Positions 45,001 through 55,997 of a stretch of DNA of 64,000 nucleotides are shown here, piece after piece. The stretch comes from Euprymna scolopes. Lineage: Eukaryota. Location of the stretch: NCBI GenBank assembly GCA_053919585.1, contig CM132809.1; one strand, 5' to 3'. The first letter of the stretch is position 1, and each line of letters starts with the position of its first letter. The position numbers and the translations under genes were made by a program. The notes under the pieces are model-generated. The model searched no databases. It saw only the letters and a list, made by a program, of their open reading frames with translations, and had not been told where the DNA came from.

Positions 45001-48000
45001 TTGTGATCTAACTCAACATCTCTTATATCCATTGTGGATGTATGTAGAAACAATTGTTATCTAACTCAACATCTCTTATATCCATTGTGGAGGTATGTAG
45101 AAACAATTGTGATCTAACTCAACATCTCTTATATCCATTGTGGAGTTATGTAGAAACAATTGTGATCTAACTCAACATCTCTTATATCCATTGTGGAGGT
45201 ATGTAGAAACAATTGTGATCTAACTCAACATCTCTTATATCCATTGTGGAGGTATATAGAAACAATTGTGATCTAACTCAACATCTCTTATATCCATTGT
45301 GGAGGTATGTAGAAACAATTGTGATCTAACTCAACATCTCTTATATCCATTGTGGAGGTATGTAGAAACAATTGTGATCTAACTCAACATCTCTTATATC
45401 CATTGTGGAGGTATGTAGAAACAATTGTGATCTAACTCAACATCTCTTATATCCATTGTGGAGATATGTAGAAACAATTGTGATCTAATTCAACATCTCT
45501 TATACCCATTGTGGACGTATGTAGAAACAATTGTGATCTAACTCAACATCTCTTATATCCATTGTGGAGGTATGTAGAAGAAATTGTGATCTAACTCAAC
45601 ATCTCTTATATCCATTGTGGAGGTATGTAGAAATAATTTTGATCTAACTCAACATCTCTTATATCCATTGTGGAGGTATGTAGAAACAATTGTTATCTAA
45701 CTCAACATCTCTTATATCCATTGTGGAGGTATGTAGAAACAATTGTGATCTAACTCAACATCTCTTATATCCATTGTGGAGGTATGTAGAAACAATTGTG
45801 ATCTAACTCAACATCTCTTATACCCATTGTGGAGGTATGTAGAAACAATTGTGAACTAATTCAACATCTCTTATACCCATTGTGGAGGTATATAGAAACA
45901 ATTGTGATCTAACTCAACATCTCTTATACCCATTGTGGAGGTATATAGAAACAATTGTGATCTAACTCAACATCTCTTATATCCATTGTGGAGGTATGTA
46001 GAAACAATTGTTATCTAACTCAACATCTCTTATATCCATTGTGGAGGTATGTAGAAACAATTAGGATCTAACTCAACATCTCTTATATCCATTGTGGAGG
46101 TATGTAGAAACAATTGTGATCTAACTCAACATCTCTTATATCCATTGTGGAGGTATGTAGAAAAAATTGTGATCTAACTCAACATCTCTTATATCCATTG
46201 TGGAGGTATATAGAAACAATTGTGATCTAACTCAACATCTCTTATATCCATTGTGGAGGTATGTAGAAACAATTGTGATCTAACTCAACATCTCTTATAT
46301 CCATTGTGGAGGTATGTAGAAACAATTGTGATCTAACTCAACATCTCTTATATCCATTGTGGAGGTATGTAGCAACAATTGTGATCTAACTCAACATCTC
46401 TTATATCCATTGTGGAGATATGTAGAAACAATTGTGATCTAATTCAACATCTCTTATACCCATTGTGGACGTATGTAGAAACAATTGTGATCTAACTCAA
46501 CATCTCTTATATCCATTGTGGAGGTATATAGAAACAATTGTGATCTAATTAAACATCTCCTATACCCATTGTGGAGGTATGTAGAAACAATTGTGATCTA
46601 ACTCAACATCTCTTATATCCATTGTGGAGGTATATAGAAACAATTGTGATCTAACTCAACATCTCTTATATCCATTGTGGAGGTATGTAGAAATAATTTT
46701 GATCTAACTCAACATCTCTTATATCCATTGTGGAGGTATGTAGAAACAATTGTTATCTAACTCAACATCTCTTATATCCATTGTGGAGGTATGTAGAAAC
46801 AATTGTGATCTAACTCAACATCTCTTATATCCACTGTGGAGGTATGTAGAAACAATTGTGATCTAACTCAACATCTCTTATATCCATTGTGGAGGTACGT
46901 AGAAACAATTGTGAACTAATTCAACATCTCTTAGACCCATTGTGGAGGTATATAGAAACAATTGTGATCTAACTCAACATCTCTTATACCCATTGTGGAG
47001 GTATATAGAAACAATTGTGATCCAACTCAACATCTCTTATATCCATTGTGGAGGTATGTAGAAACAATTGTTATCTAACTCAACATCTCTTATATCCATT
47101 GTGGAGGTATGTAGAAACAATTGTGATCTAACTCAACATCTCTTATATCCATTGTGGAGGTATGTAGAAACAATTGTGATCTAACTCAACATCTCTTATA
47201 TCCATTGTGGAGGTATGTAGAAACAATTGTGATCTAACTCAACATCTCTTATATCCATTGTGGAGGTATGTAGAAACAATTGTGATCTAACTCAACATCT
47301 CTTATATCCATTGTGGAGGTATGTAGAAACAATTGTGATCTAACTCAACATCTCTTATATCCATTGTGGAGATATGTAGAAACAATTGTGATCTAATTCA
47401 ACATCTCTTATACCCATTGTGGACGTATGTAGAAACAATTGTGATCTAACTCAACATCTCTTATATCCATTGTGGAGGTATATAGAAACAATTGTGATCT
47501 AATTAAACATCTCCTATACCCATTGTGGAGGTATGTAGAAACAATTGTGATCTAACTCAACATCTCTTATATCCATTGTGGAGGTATATAGAAACAATTG
47601 TGATCTACCTCAACATCTCTTATATCCATTGTGGAGATATGTAGAAAAAATTGTGATCTAACTACACATCTCTTATATCCATTGTGGAGGTATATAGAAA
47701 CAATTTTTATCTAATTAAACATCTCTTATATCCATTGTGGAGGTATGTAGAAACAATTGTGATCTAACTCAACATCTCTTATATCCATTGTGGATGTATG
47801 TAGAAACAATTGTGATCTAACTCAACATCTCTTATATCCATTGTGGAGGTATGTAGAAACAATTGTGATCTAACTCAACATCTCTTATATCCATTGTGGA
47901 GGTATATAGACACAATTGTGATCTAACTCAACATCTCTTATATCCATTGTGGAGGTATGTAGAAACAATTGTGATCTAACTCAACATCTCTTATATCCAT

Positions 48001-51000
48001 TGTGGAGGTATGTAGAAACAATTGTGATCTAACTCAACATCTCTTATATCCATTGTGGAGGTATGTAGAAACAATTGTGATCTAACTCAACATCTCTTAT
48101 ATCCATTGTGGAGATATGTAGAAACAATTGTGATCTAATTCAACATCTCTTATACCCATTGTGGACGTATGTAGAAACAATTGTGATCTAACTCAACATC
48201 TCTTATATCCATTGTGGAGGTATATAGAAACAATTGTGATCTAATTAAACATCTCCTATACCCATTGTGGAGGTATGTAGAAACAATTGTGATCTAACTC
48301 AACATCTCTTATATCCATTGTGGAGGTATATAGAAACAATTGTGATCTAACTCAACATCTCTTATATCCATTGTGGAGGTATGTAGAAACAATTGTGATC
48401 TAACTACACATCTCTTATATCCATTGTGGAGGTATATAGAAACAATTGTTATCTAAATGAACATCTCTTATATCCATTGTGGAGGTATGTAGAAACAATT
48501 GTGATATAACTCAACATCTCTTATATCCATTGTGGAGGTATGTAGAAACAATTGTGATCAAACTCAACATCTCTTATATCCATTGTGGAGGTATGTAGAA
48601 ACAATAGTTATCTAACTCAACATCTCTTATACCCATTGTGGAGGTATGTAGAAACAATTGTGATCTAATTAAACATCTCTTATACCCATTGTGGAGGTAT
48701 GTAGAAACAATTGTGATCTAACTCAACATCTCTTATATCCATTGTGGAGGTATGTAGAAATAATTGTGATCTAACTCAACATCTCTTATGTCCATTGTGG
48801 AGGTATGTAGAAATAATTTTGATCTAACTCAACATCTCTTATATCCATTGTTGAGGTATGTAGAAACAATTGTTATCTAACTCAACATCTCTTATATCCA
48901 TTGTGGAGGTATGTAGAAACAATTGTGATCTAACTCAACATCTCTTATATCCATTGTGGAGGTATGTAGAAACAATTGTGATCTACCTCAACATCTCTTA
49001 TATCCATTGTGGAGGTATGTAGAAACAATTGTGATCTAATTCAACATCTCTTATACCCATTGTGGAGGTATATAGAAACAATTGTGATCTAACTCAACAT
49101 CTCTTATACCCATTGGGGGGGTATATAGAAACAATTGTGATCTAACTCAACATCTCTTATATCCATTGTGGAGGTATGTAGAAACAATTGTTATCTAACT
49201 CAACATCTCTTATATCCATTGTGGAGGTATGTAGAAACAATTGTGATCTAACTCAACATCTCTTATATCCATTGTGGAGGTATGTAGAAACAATTGTGAT
49301 CTAACTCAACATCTCTTATATCACTTGTGGAGGTATGTAGAAACAATTGTGATCTCACTCAACATCTCTTATATCCATTGTGGAGGTATATAGAAACAAT
49401 TGTGATCTAACTCAACATCTCTTATATCCATTGTGGAGGTATGTAGAAACAATTGTGATCTAACTCAACATCTCTTATATCCATTGTGGAGGTATGTAGA
49501 AACAATTGTGATCTAACTCAACATCTCTTATATCCATTGTGGAGGTATGTAGAAATAATTTTGATCTAACTCAACATCTCTTATATCCATTGTGGAGGTA
49601 TGTAGAAACAATTGTTATCTAACTCAACATCTCTTATATCCATTGTGGAGGTATGTAGAAACAATTGTGATCTAACTCAACATCTCTTATATCCATTGTG
49701 GAGGTATGTAGAAACAATTGTGATCTAACTCAACATCTCTTATATCCATTGTGGAGATATGTAGAAACAATTGTGATCTAATTCAACATCTCTTATACCC
49801 ATTGTGGACGTATGTAGAAACAATTGTGATCTAACTCAACATCTCTTATATCCATTGTGGAGGTATGTAGAAACAATTGTGATCTAATTAAACATCTCCT
49901 ATACCCATTGTGGAGGTATGTAGAAACAATTGTGATCTAATTCAACATCTCTTTTACCCATTGTGGAGGTATATAGAAACAATTGTGATCTAACTGAACA
50001 TCTCTTATACCCATTGTGGAGGTATATAGAAACAATTGTGATCTAACTCAACATCTCTTATATCCATTGTGGAGGTATGTAGAAACAATTGTGATCTAAC
50101 TCAACATCTCTTATACCCATTGTGGAGGTATGTAGAAACAATTGTGATCCAACTCAACATCTCTTATATCCATTGTGGAGATATGTAGAAACAATTGTGA
50201 TCTAATTCAACATCTCTTATATCCATTGTGGAGGTATGTAGAAACAATTGTGATCTAACTCAACATCTCTTATATCCATTGTGGAGGTATGTAGAAACAA
50301 TTGGCATCTAACTCAACATCTCTTATATCCATTGTGGAGGTATGTAGAAACAATTGTGATCTAACTCAACATCTCTTATATCCATTGTGGAGGTATGTAG
50401 AAACAATTGTGATCTAATTCAACATCTCTTATATCAATTGTGGAGGTATGTAGAAACAATTGTGATCTAATTCAACATCTCTTATATCCATTGTGGAGGT
50501 ATGTAGAAACAATTGTGATCTAATTAAACCTCTCTTATACCCATTGTGGAGGTATGTAGAAACAATTGTGATCTAATTCAACATCTCTTATACCCATTGT
50601 GGAGGTATGTAGAAACAATTGTGATCTACCTCAACATCTCGTATACCCATTGTGGAGGTATGTAGAAACAATTGTGATCTAATTAAACATCTCTTATACC
50701 CATTGTGGAGGTATGTAGAAACAATTGTGATCAAATTCAACATCTCTTATACCCATTGTGGAGGTATGTAGAAACAATTGTGATCTAACTCAACATCTCT
50801 TATACGCATTGTTGAGGTATATAGAAACAATTGTGATCTAACTCAACATCTCTTATATCCATTGTGGAGGTATGTAGAAACAATTTTGATCTAACTCAAC
50901 ATCTCTTATATCCATTGTGGAGATATGTAGAAACAATTGTGATCTAATTCAACATCTCTTATATCCATTGTGGAGGTATGTAGAAACAATTGTGATCTAA

Positions 51001-51605
51001 CTCAATATCTCTTATATCCATTGTGGAGGTATGTAGAAACAATTGTGATCTAACTCAACATCTCTTATATCCATTGTGGAGGTATGTAGAAACAATTGTG
51101 ATCTAATTCAACATCTCTTATATCCATTGTGGAGGTATGTAGAAACAATTGTGATCTAATTCAACATCTCTTATATCCATTGTGGAGGTATGTAGAAACA
51201 ATTGTGATCTAATTCAACATCTCTTATACCCATTGTGGAGGTATGTAGAAACAATTGTGATCTAACTCAACATCTCTTATACCCATTGTGGATATATATA
51301 GAAACAATTGTGATCTGACTCAACATCTCTTATATCCATTGTGGAGGTATGTAGAAACAATTGGCATCTAACTCAACATCTCTTATACCCATTGTGGAGG
51401 TATGTAGAAACAATTGTGATCTAATTCAACATCTCTTAAACCCATTGTGGATGTATGTAGAAACAATTGTGATCTAACTCAACATCTCCTGTATCCATTG
51501 TTGAGGTATGTAGAAACAATTGTGATCTAACTCAACATCTCTTATACCCATTGTGGAGGTATGCAGAAACAATTGTGATCTAACTCAACATCTCTTATAC
51601 CCATT
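1..51605. repeat. 53-bp tandem satellite array (~970 monomers), continuing beyond the left edge of the window
   Basis: TATGTAGAAA recurs at 1, 54, ... with a 53-bp period throughout. Monomers differ by a few substitutions and rare 1-bp indels. The last monomer breaks off at ...TATACCCATT|ACGC (51605). The ORF track lists no ORFs here. Confidence 0.99.
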
Positions 51606-51678
51606 ACGCTTCCATGCACTTGTATATTATGACACGGTATATATTTATGTATGTATCAATATGTGTGTGTGTGTTTGC

Positions 51679-51781
51679 ATGGTAATAAACTTCTCATAGA
51701 GAACACCACACACATTGGCAGCAAAATAATATCCATGAACTGTTGTGCGTGTTATGTTCTTTACGAGAACTTTATTACCAT
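51679..51781. repeat. ~103-bp inverted repeat / hairpin (MITE-like remnant)
   Basis: ATGGTAATAAACTTCTCATAGAGAACA (51679-51705) versus TGTTCTTTACGAGAACTTTATTACCAT (51755-51781) are reverse complements at 24/27 positions. The inner CACACACA/TGTGCGTG segments also pair. Confidence 0.75.
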
Positions 51782-52146
51782 CTTCTCGAAATGACGTCCT
51801 ACCCCCCCACCATAATAGTAACGTTATTTACAATTTTGAATGTGGTTGCGGTGCCAACTACTTGAGTCGGACGACATAAAGATTAGATGGAAGAATCCAA
51901 TAACATGTACCCAGTAAAATAAGGAATGGAACCTACCGGGCAACGGACGTTGTTACTAACACATACGGGTCTTCAATTACGGATCATTTACTTAAAACCC
52001 CCGTCTTTTGCAGCGAACTTTAGCACGGACTCTTTTTCTCTTCTGAGTCGTGCTCATTCACTATATCACCTTAATATCTTGGGGACTATTCACGTTCGAC
52101 TTAGAAAACCTTCCCTTTGCAAGCAAAGGTAAAAATTCCCTCGATA

Positions 52147-52182
52147 CAGCTTTGAGAAGCAAGGGTCGAAACCGGTCAGCTG
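52147..52182 (+). ncRNA. Minimal hammerhead-like motif (UUGAGAA core variant), probably from a Penelope-like pseudo-LTR remnant
   Basis: CAGCT-TTGAGAA-GCAAGGGTC-GAAA-CCGG-TC-AGCTG: perfect 5-bp stem I, palindromic stem III (ACCGGT), GUC cleavage triplet, vestigial stem II. A pyrimidine-rich tail and (AT)n follow. Confidence 0.6.
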
Positions 52183-52247
52183 GCTCCCCATTTCTGTTTC
52201 TTTCCTCCTCTGTCCCCTTTCCCCCCTTTTTGGAGAGAAGATTAAAG

Positions 52248-52265
52248 ATATATATATATATATAA

Positions 52266-52304
<39 letters not shown>

Positions 52305-52350
52305 AATTTATTTTTAATCATGAATCATAAAAGTGTTCCCTTTCTAATTG

Positions 52351-52434
<84 letters not shown>
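52248..52434. repeat. Two (AT)n microsatellites (52248-52302, 52353-52434)
   Basis: Direct reading of the sequence. Confidence 0.97.
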
Positions 52435-52436
<2 letters not shown>

Positions 52437-52851
52437 GCGCTTGCAGAAAGCGCACATATGACCTTGTGTATCGACTGGGGATTTGAAATATGATGGGTGA
52501 ATCCGTTTGGGTTAACCGGCAGTCATTGTTCCAGTTTCTCATGAAAGCTTATCACATGCTCGCATAAGTCAGTAATTGTTGCAGAAACAACATTAATTAA
52601 TTGCGATATGATGGTGCCTCATCGTAGATCTCATTTAATATAAGAAGGTTTAATTAATTGCTAATTAGAGATACTTAAAAAATTTCTATTGCATTTTGAA
52701 GTTTATAGCTTTGTTTTTTCTACTTAATTATTAACTTTTTGTTTTGGTTTAAAAGTAAATAATGATAGCAGGTACATGTTTTCTGCAAAATTATGTTAAT
52801 ATGTTTGTATCGATATTAAAACAGATATGCATACTATAAAAGTATGGGCGC

Positions 52852-52985
52852 NNNNNNNNNNNNNNNNNNNNNNNNNNNNNNNNNNNNNNNNNNNNNNNNN
52901 NNNNNNNNNNNNNNNNNNNNNNNNNNNNNNNNNNNNNNNNNNNNNNNNNNNNNNNNNNNNNNNNNNNNNNNNNNNNNNNNNNNNN
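52852..52985. other. Assembly gap (134 N)
   Basis: Run of N characters. Confidence 1.
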
Positions 52986-53163
52986 CTTTTCAAGCACGTC
53001 TGATTGAACACGTCAGAGTTCTTCTTTTTCGATTTTATTGGATATTTTTTCAATTCGCCGAGCTGTCTTTTTTTTTCGGCTGGCGTATAGCGCCCAGTAG
53101 CTGTTGTTTGGCCATATCCTTCTCAAGCGCTTTCTATCGGTGGATTCAATCGTCGTCAAGAGC
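52986..53163 (-). mobile_element. Probable Penelope-like pseudo-LTR fragment: degenerate hammerhead-like motif (53122-53162) followed by an ORF N-terminus running into the gap
   Basis: Minus strand reads CTC-TTGACGA-(degenerate stem II)-GAAA-GCGC-TT-GAG, then ATG at 53115. With frameshifts it gives MAKQQLLGAIRQP.KK/TARRIEKISNKIEK/..DVFNQTCLK, resembling from memory the N-termini of invertebrate PLE ORFs. Confidence 0.45.
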
Positions 53164-53313
53164 GATTGTTGTTGTTGTTGTCGTTTTATTTTTATTTTTA
53201 TTGAGGTTATTCGTTATAAAATAATAACAATCCAAACTAAATAATTCGCCGCTACCCATCCTGTGCCCACCTTATAAAAGAACTCTGTCGTGTTCAATCT
53301 TGCATGCTTCGAC

Positions 53314-53321
53314 ATATATAA

Positions 53322-53368
<47 letters not shown>

Positions 53369-53600
53369 TATATCGAAGGTAGTGATCTAACAATTTGTTT
53401 AAAAAACCTTCTATATTTCCATAGCTATATAAACATAATGTATATTTTTGCAATATTTTATATGTGTATATATGTCTGTACATACATATGCATGTGTGTG
53501 TATTTATGCATATATGTGTGTATGTGTATCTGTATGTGCGTGTATGTAGGTATGTGTCGTTTGTATGTCTATGTATACAAGTATGAGAAATATGCACGCG
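53314..53600. repeat. (AT)n tract and degenerate (TATG/TG)n low-complexity region
   Basis: Direct reading; it explains the spurious Y/I/C/M-rich ORFs. Confidence 0.9.
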
Positions 53601-53929
53601 TGTTATATATTTTGCATTTTATTTTTTTATTCATTTACGCATTGGAATACAATGTTTTAAAAGGAGATTTTCAGTCATCGTCAATCTCATCAGATTTTGC
53701 CCTGACAGCCGCATTATTGCCTGTGAGGTCGGTTTTTCTTCCATGTCATCTAAACACCACGGGGGTACAAAGGTGAGCAGAGACTCCACATAAGCCAGTT
53801 TCTCTCTGCAGTTGGGAAGAAGTAAAGAAAGTGGCCCTCATAAGCATAAGATTTTGACCGCGTTCTATTCTATACCAGCGATCCGCCACGCTCTGTATAG
53901 AAGAGACTTTCATATATAACTTGTTTTCC

Positions 53930-53931
<2 letters not shown>

Positions 53932-53989
<58 letters not shown>
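53932..53989. repeat. (AT)n microsatellite
   Basis: Direct reading. Confidence 0.97.
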
Positions 53990-53993
<4 letters not shown>

Positions 53994-54011
53994 TTCTACT
54001 ATAATAATTAG

Positions 54012-54064
54012 ATACCTACAGACACTAGTGTTTCATCCTTTCTTAATCTTCAGTGCAGGGTGTC
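54012..54064 (-). ncRNA. Type I hammerhead ribozyme motif with degenerate stem II
   Basis: Minus strand: CCTGCA-CTGAAGA-TTAAGAAAGGAT-GAAA-CACTAGTG-TC-TGTAGG. Stem I is 6 bp (one G-U), both CUGANGA and GAAA cores are present, stem III is a perfect palindrome (ACACTAGTGT), and the cleavage triplet is GUC. Confidence 0.75.
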
Positions 54065-54074
54065 ACGATTAATA

Positions 54075-54158
54075 CCAGTCGAACGATTCGAACCCCGTAT
54101 CACGAGACATCTCTGGCTCGATTAGCGGAGACCTGATCCATTCGGCTACCATTAACCG
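54075..54158 (-). promoter_or_regulatory. tRNA-derived SINE-like head with internal Pol III promoter (A and B boxes)
   Basis: Minus strand A box TAGCCGAATGG (54148-54138) and B box GGTTCGAATC (54094-54085) are 43 nt apart, as in long-variable-arm tRNAs. The cloverleaf is degenerate, so it is not called a tRNA gene. Confidence 0.75.
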
Positions 54159-54879
54159 CTTGAAATAACGTTGAATTTTAAACATCTTAATTTTAAATGT
54201 TCATTTACGTCAGTCAGACAGTGATCTAATCGTTATACGATGATATACGCATAAGAGCTAAATTGACCGACTTTAATATATATATATTATATTTTTAAAG
54301 GGAATTAGACCTGGAGTCTAAAGAGCAGAGTTTATTTTAAGGTATTAGTAAATGTATTAATATTTTGAAAAGAAAACAGTGCTCATTATACTTTAGATAT
54401 ATAATGAGCTGAATAGGTATAAGTATCCTAGAGCTATATTAATATTGAGTAAAACGATTCCTAATTGTGAATTAAAAATCAGTTTCAAAAAAGAAAACAA
54501 GCAAAATGAACATCGAGTGTACGATCGTTTCAGAAACGATGTTCATTTTATTGAAATTGATAATAAGTATTGATAATAATTTGACAAAAGTTTTGTCCCT
54601 TAAAACATAGTCTTCTCATCAGCTAAACTAGGTGGGAAGAAGTTAAAGACACCAAAATAAAAGTAGCATTTTAGTCGTGAGTAAGACGGATATTCCTTAT
54701 TTATCTTCATTATGAAATTTGTTTTAAGTTCAGTCAGCCCATCTTTTGGCATGCTAGTAATTATTTTAATTCGGAGACAAAATATAACAGCATGCCAAAA
54801 GATAGACAACTTGTGGTGTGCCCTTGGATCTGGGTAACAACACGTCTCCTCTGATTTTCAGTACTCAATATCTCTTTCG

Positions 54880-55450
54880 ATAACCTTTGCTCGAGACAAG
54901 GCATGAAGCCACTTGATGTTAGAAGCTAACAAGAACGAAATCTTACTTGAGCTAGGACAGGAGATGTCTATTAACCTTAGTCTTGAAAAGGTAGAAAGCA
55001 GTAAGCAAAGAGAGAGAGAGAGTTCTGCAACCTTGCAATCCTTGGAAAAAAGCTACTAGAAGTAGGAAACTGTATTACAATAAGGAATTAAAACACTGAG
55101 TATACGGAGATCTCTGCATCAACGAGTCAAACGAGCTAGAACAAAAGAATTAGGGAGTAGATCAGGCAATTCTGAAAAGCAGATGCCATTATAGTATTTG
55201 TAGAAAAGACTGAGACTAGCAATATCACGTGAAGTTGAAGTAAATAACAAAATATGGGGTCAATCAAATTACAGATAAGTTTCTGCAATATATCTCGAAC
55301 ATTCAAATGGTATAGAGATTCATCAGCCCAAATATAGCAACAGTACTCCGTACGTGGTCTGATAGGAGATTTGCAGAGATAAAGAATAGCCTTGAACGTG
55401 AGAAAGTTTTTTTTAGGGCGATAGAGAGAACTGATTTTATGAGAAGCAGT
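54880..55450 (-). mobile_element. Degenerate CR1-group LINE 3' end (ORF2 C-terminus + 3' UTR)
   Basis: Minus-strand translation with frameshifts: ILYLCKSPIRPRTEYCCYIWAD...DIASLSLFYKYYNGICFSEL...FKTKVNRHLLS*. The 3' UTR motif AGTGGC..GCCTTGT is shared with the element at 55995-56560. Confidence 0.8.
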
Positions 55451-55934
55451 AAGTGTTCATTATCGTAAAAGCCGCTAATCATAGATTTCCCGTAGGTAGC
55501 AACCAATAAGCCTCCACAAAGTTCAGATCCTTTTCGCACTCATCCAGTTAATTTCTGGTTAATGCTTTCTTTTCTCTGTCTTTCCATCCTCCTTGATACT
55601 ACTCGATTATTTGGTGTGGCATGGGTTTATGGTGACATTATAATTTTGGGAGGAGTGGAGTGCAGGAGAGCAACTTACAGTTATACAGTTTCAGTTTTCA
55701 TGATTCCATGTAGTGCTTTTTGTGTTTTACATATGTCGCAGTTTCTATATGCCTGACTTGTGTCCGTAACTCATGTGCATTCGTCTACGTATTCAATGAT
55801 TTTCCTTAATATTTCATTATGTTTCCTTTTGTGTCTTCTCAGCTATCCCTCTAATGCCAATCTCTCTAAGATCTGGCCCAGCGAAGGATTTTGAGTGATT
55901 TTTTTAAATATAGTTTATGATAAAAACTATAAAG

Positions 55935-55997
55935 ACTCTCTCTCTCTCACTCTCTCTCTCTCTCTCTCTCTCTACCTTTCTCTCTCTCTACCTCTCT
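55935..55997. repeat. (CT)n microsatellite at the 3' tail of the adjacent LINE
   Basis: Direct reading. Confidence 0.9.

Noticed and set aside
1-51605. CRISPR array or coding repeat interpretation of the 53-bp repeat
   Set aside because: There are no unique spacers (the whole unit repeats), no cas genes, the context is eukaryotic, the period is not a multiple of 3, and the ORF track shows nothing here.
53382-53391. GTGATCTAAC (and GTGATCTAA near 54221) matching the satellite monomer
   Set aside because: Only 9-10 bp in AT-rich DNA with no flanking similarity; compatible with chance.
53660-53700. Minus-strand CTGATGA...GAAA as a further hammerhead
   Set aside because: Stems I, II and III do not pair.
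52050-53776. ORFs rich in YIYIYI / HTHT / CVCV
   Set aside because: They are translations of (AT)n and (TG/TATG)n microsatellites or of the N gap.
54075-54158. Functional tRNA gene
   Set aside because: A and B boxes are present, but acceptor, anticodon and T stems pair poorly; treated as a tRNA-derived SINE head.
54595-54630. Minus-strand CTGATGAG as a hammerhead core
   Set aside because: No GAAA follows the possible stem II.
55460-55895. Possible RTE-like ORF2 remnant on the minus strand
   Set aside because: Only faint resemblance (LKILRW..., ...INWM) with many stops; too weak to call without an alignment.
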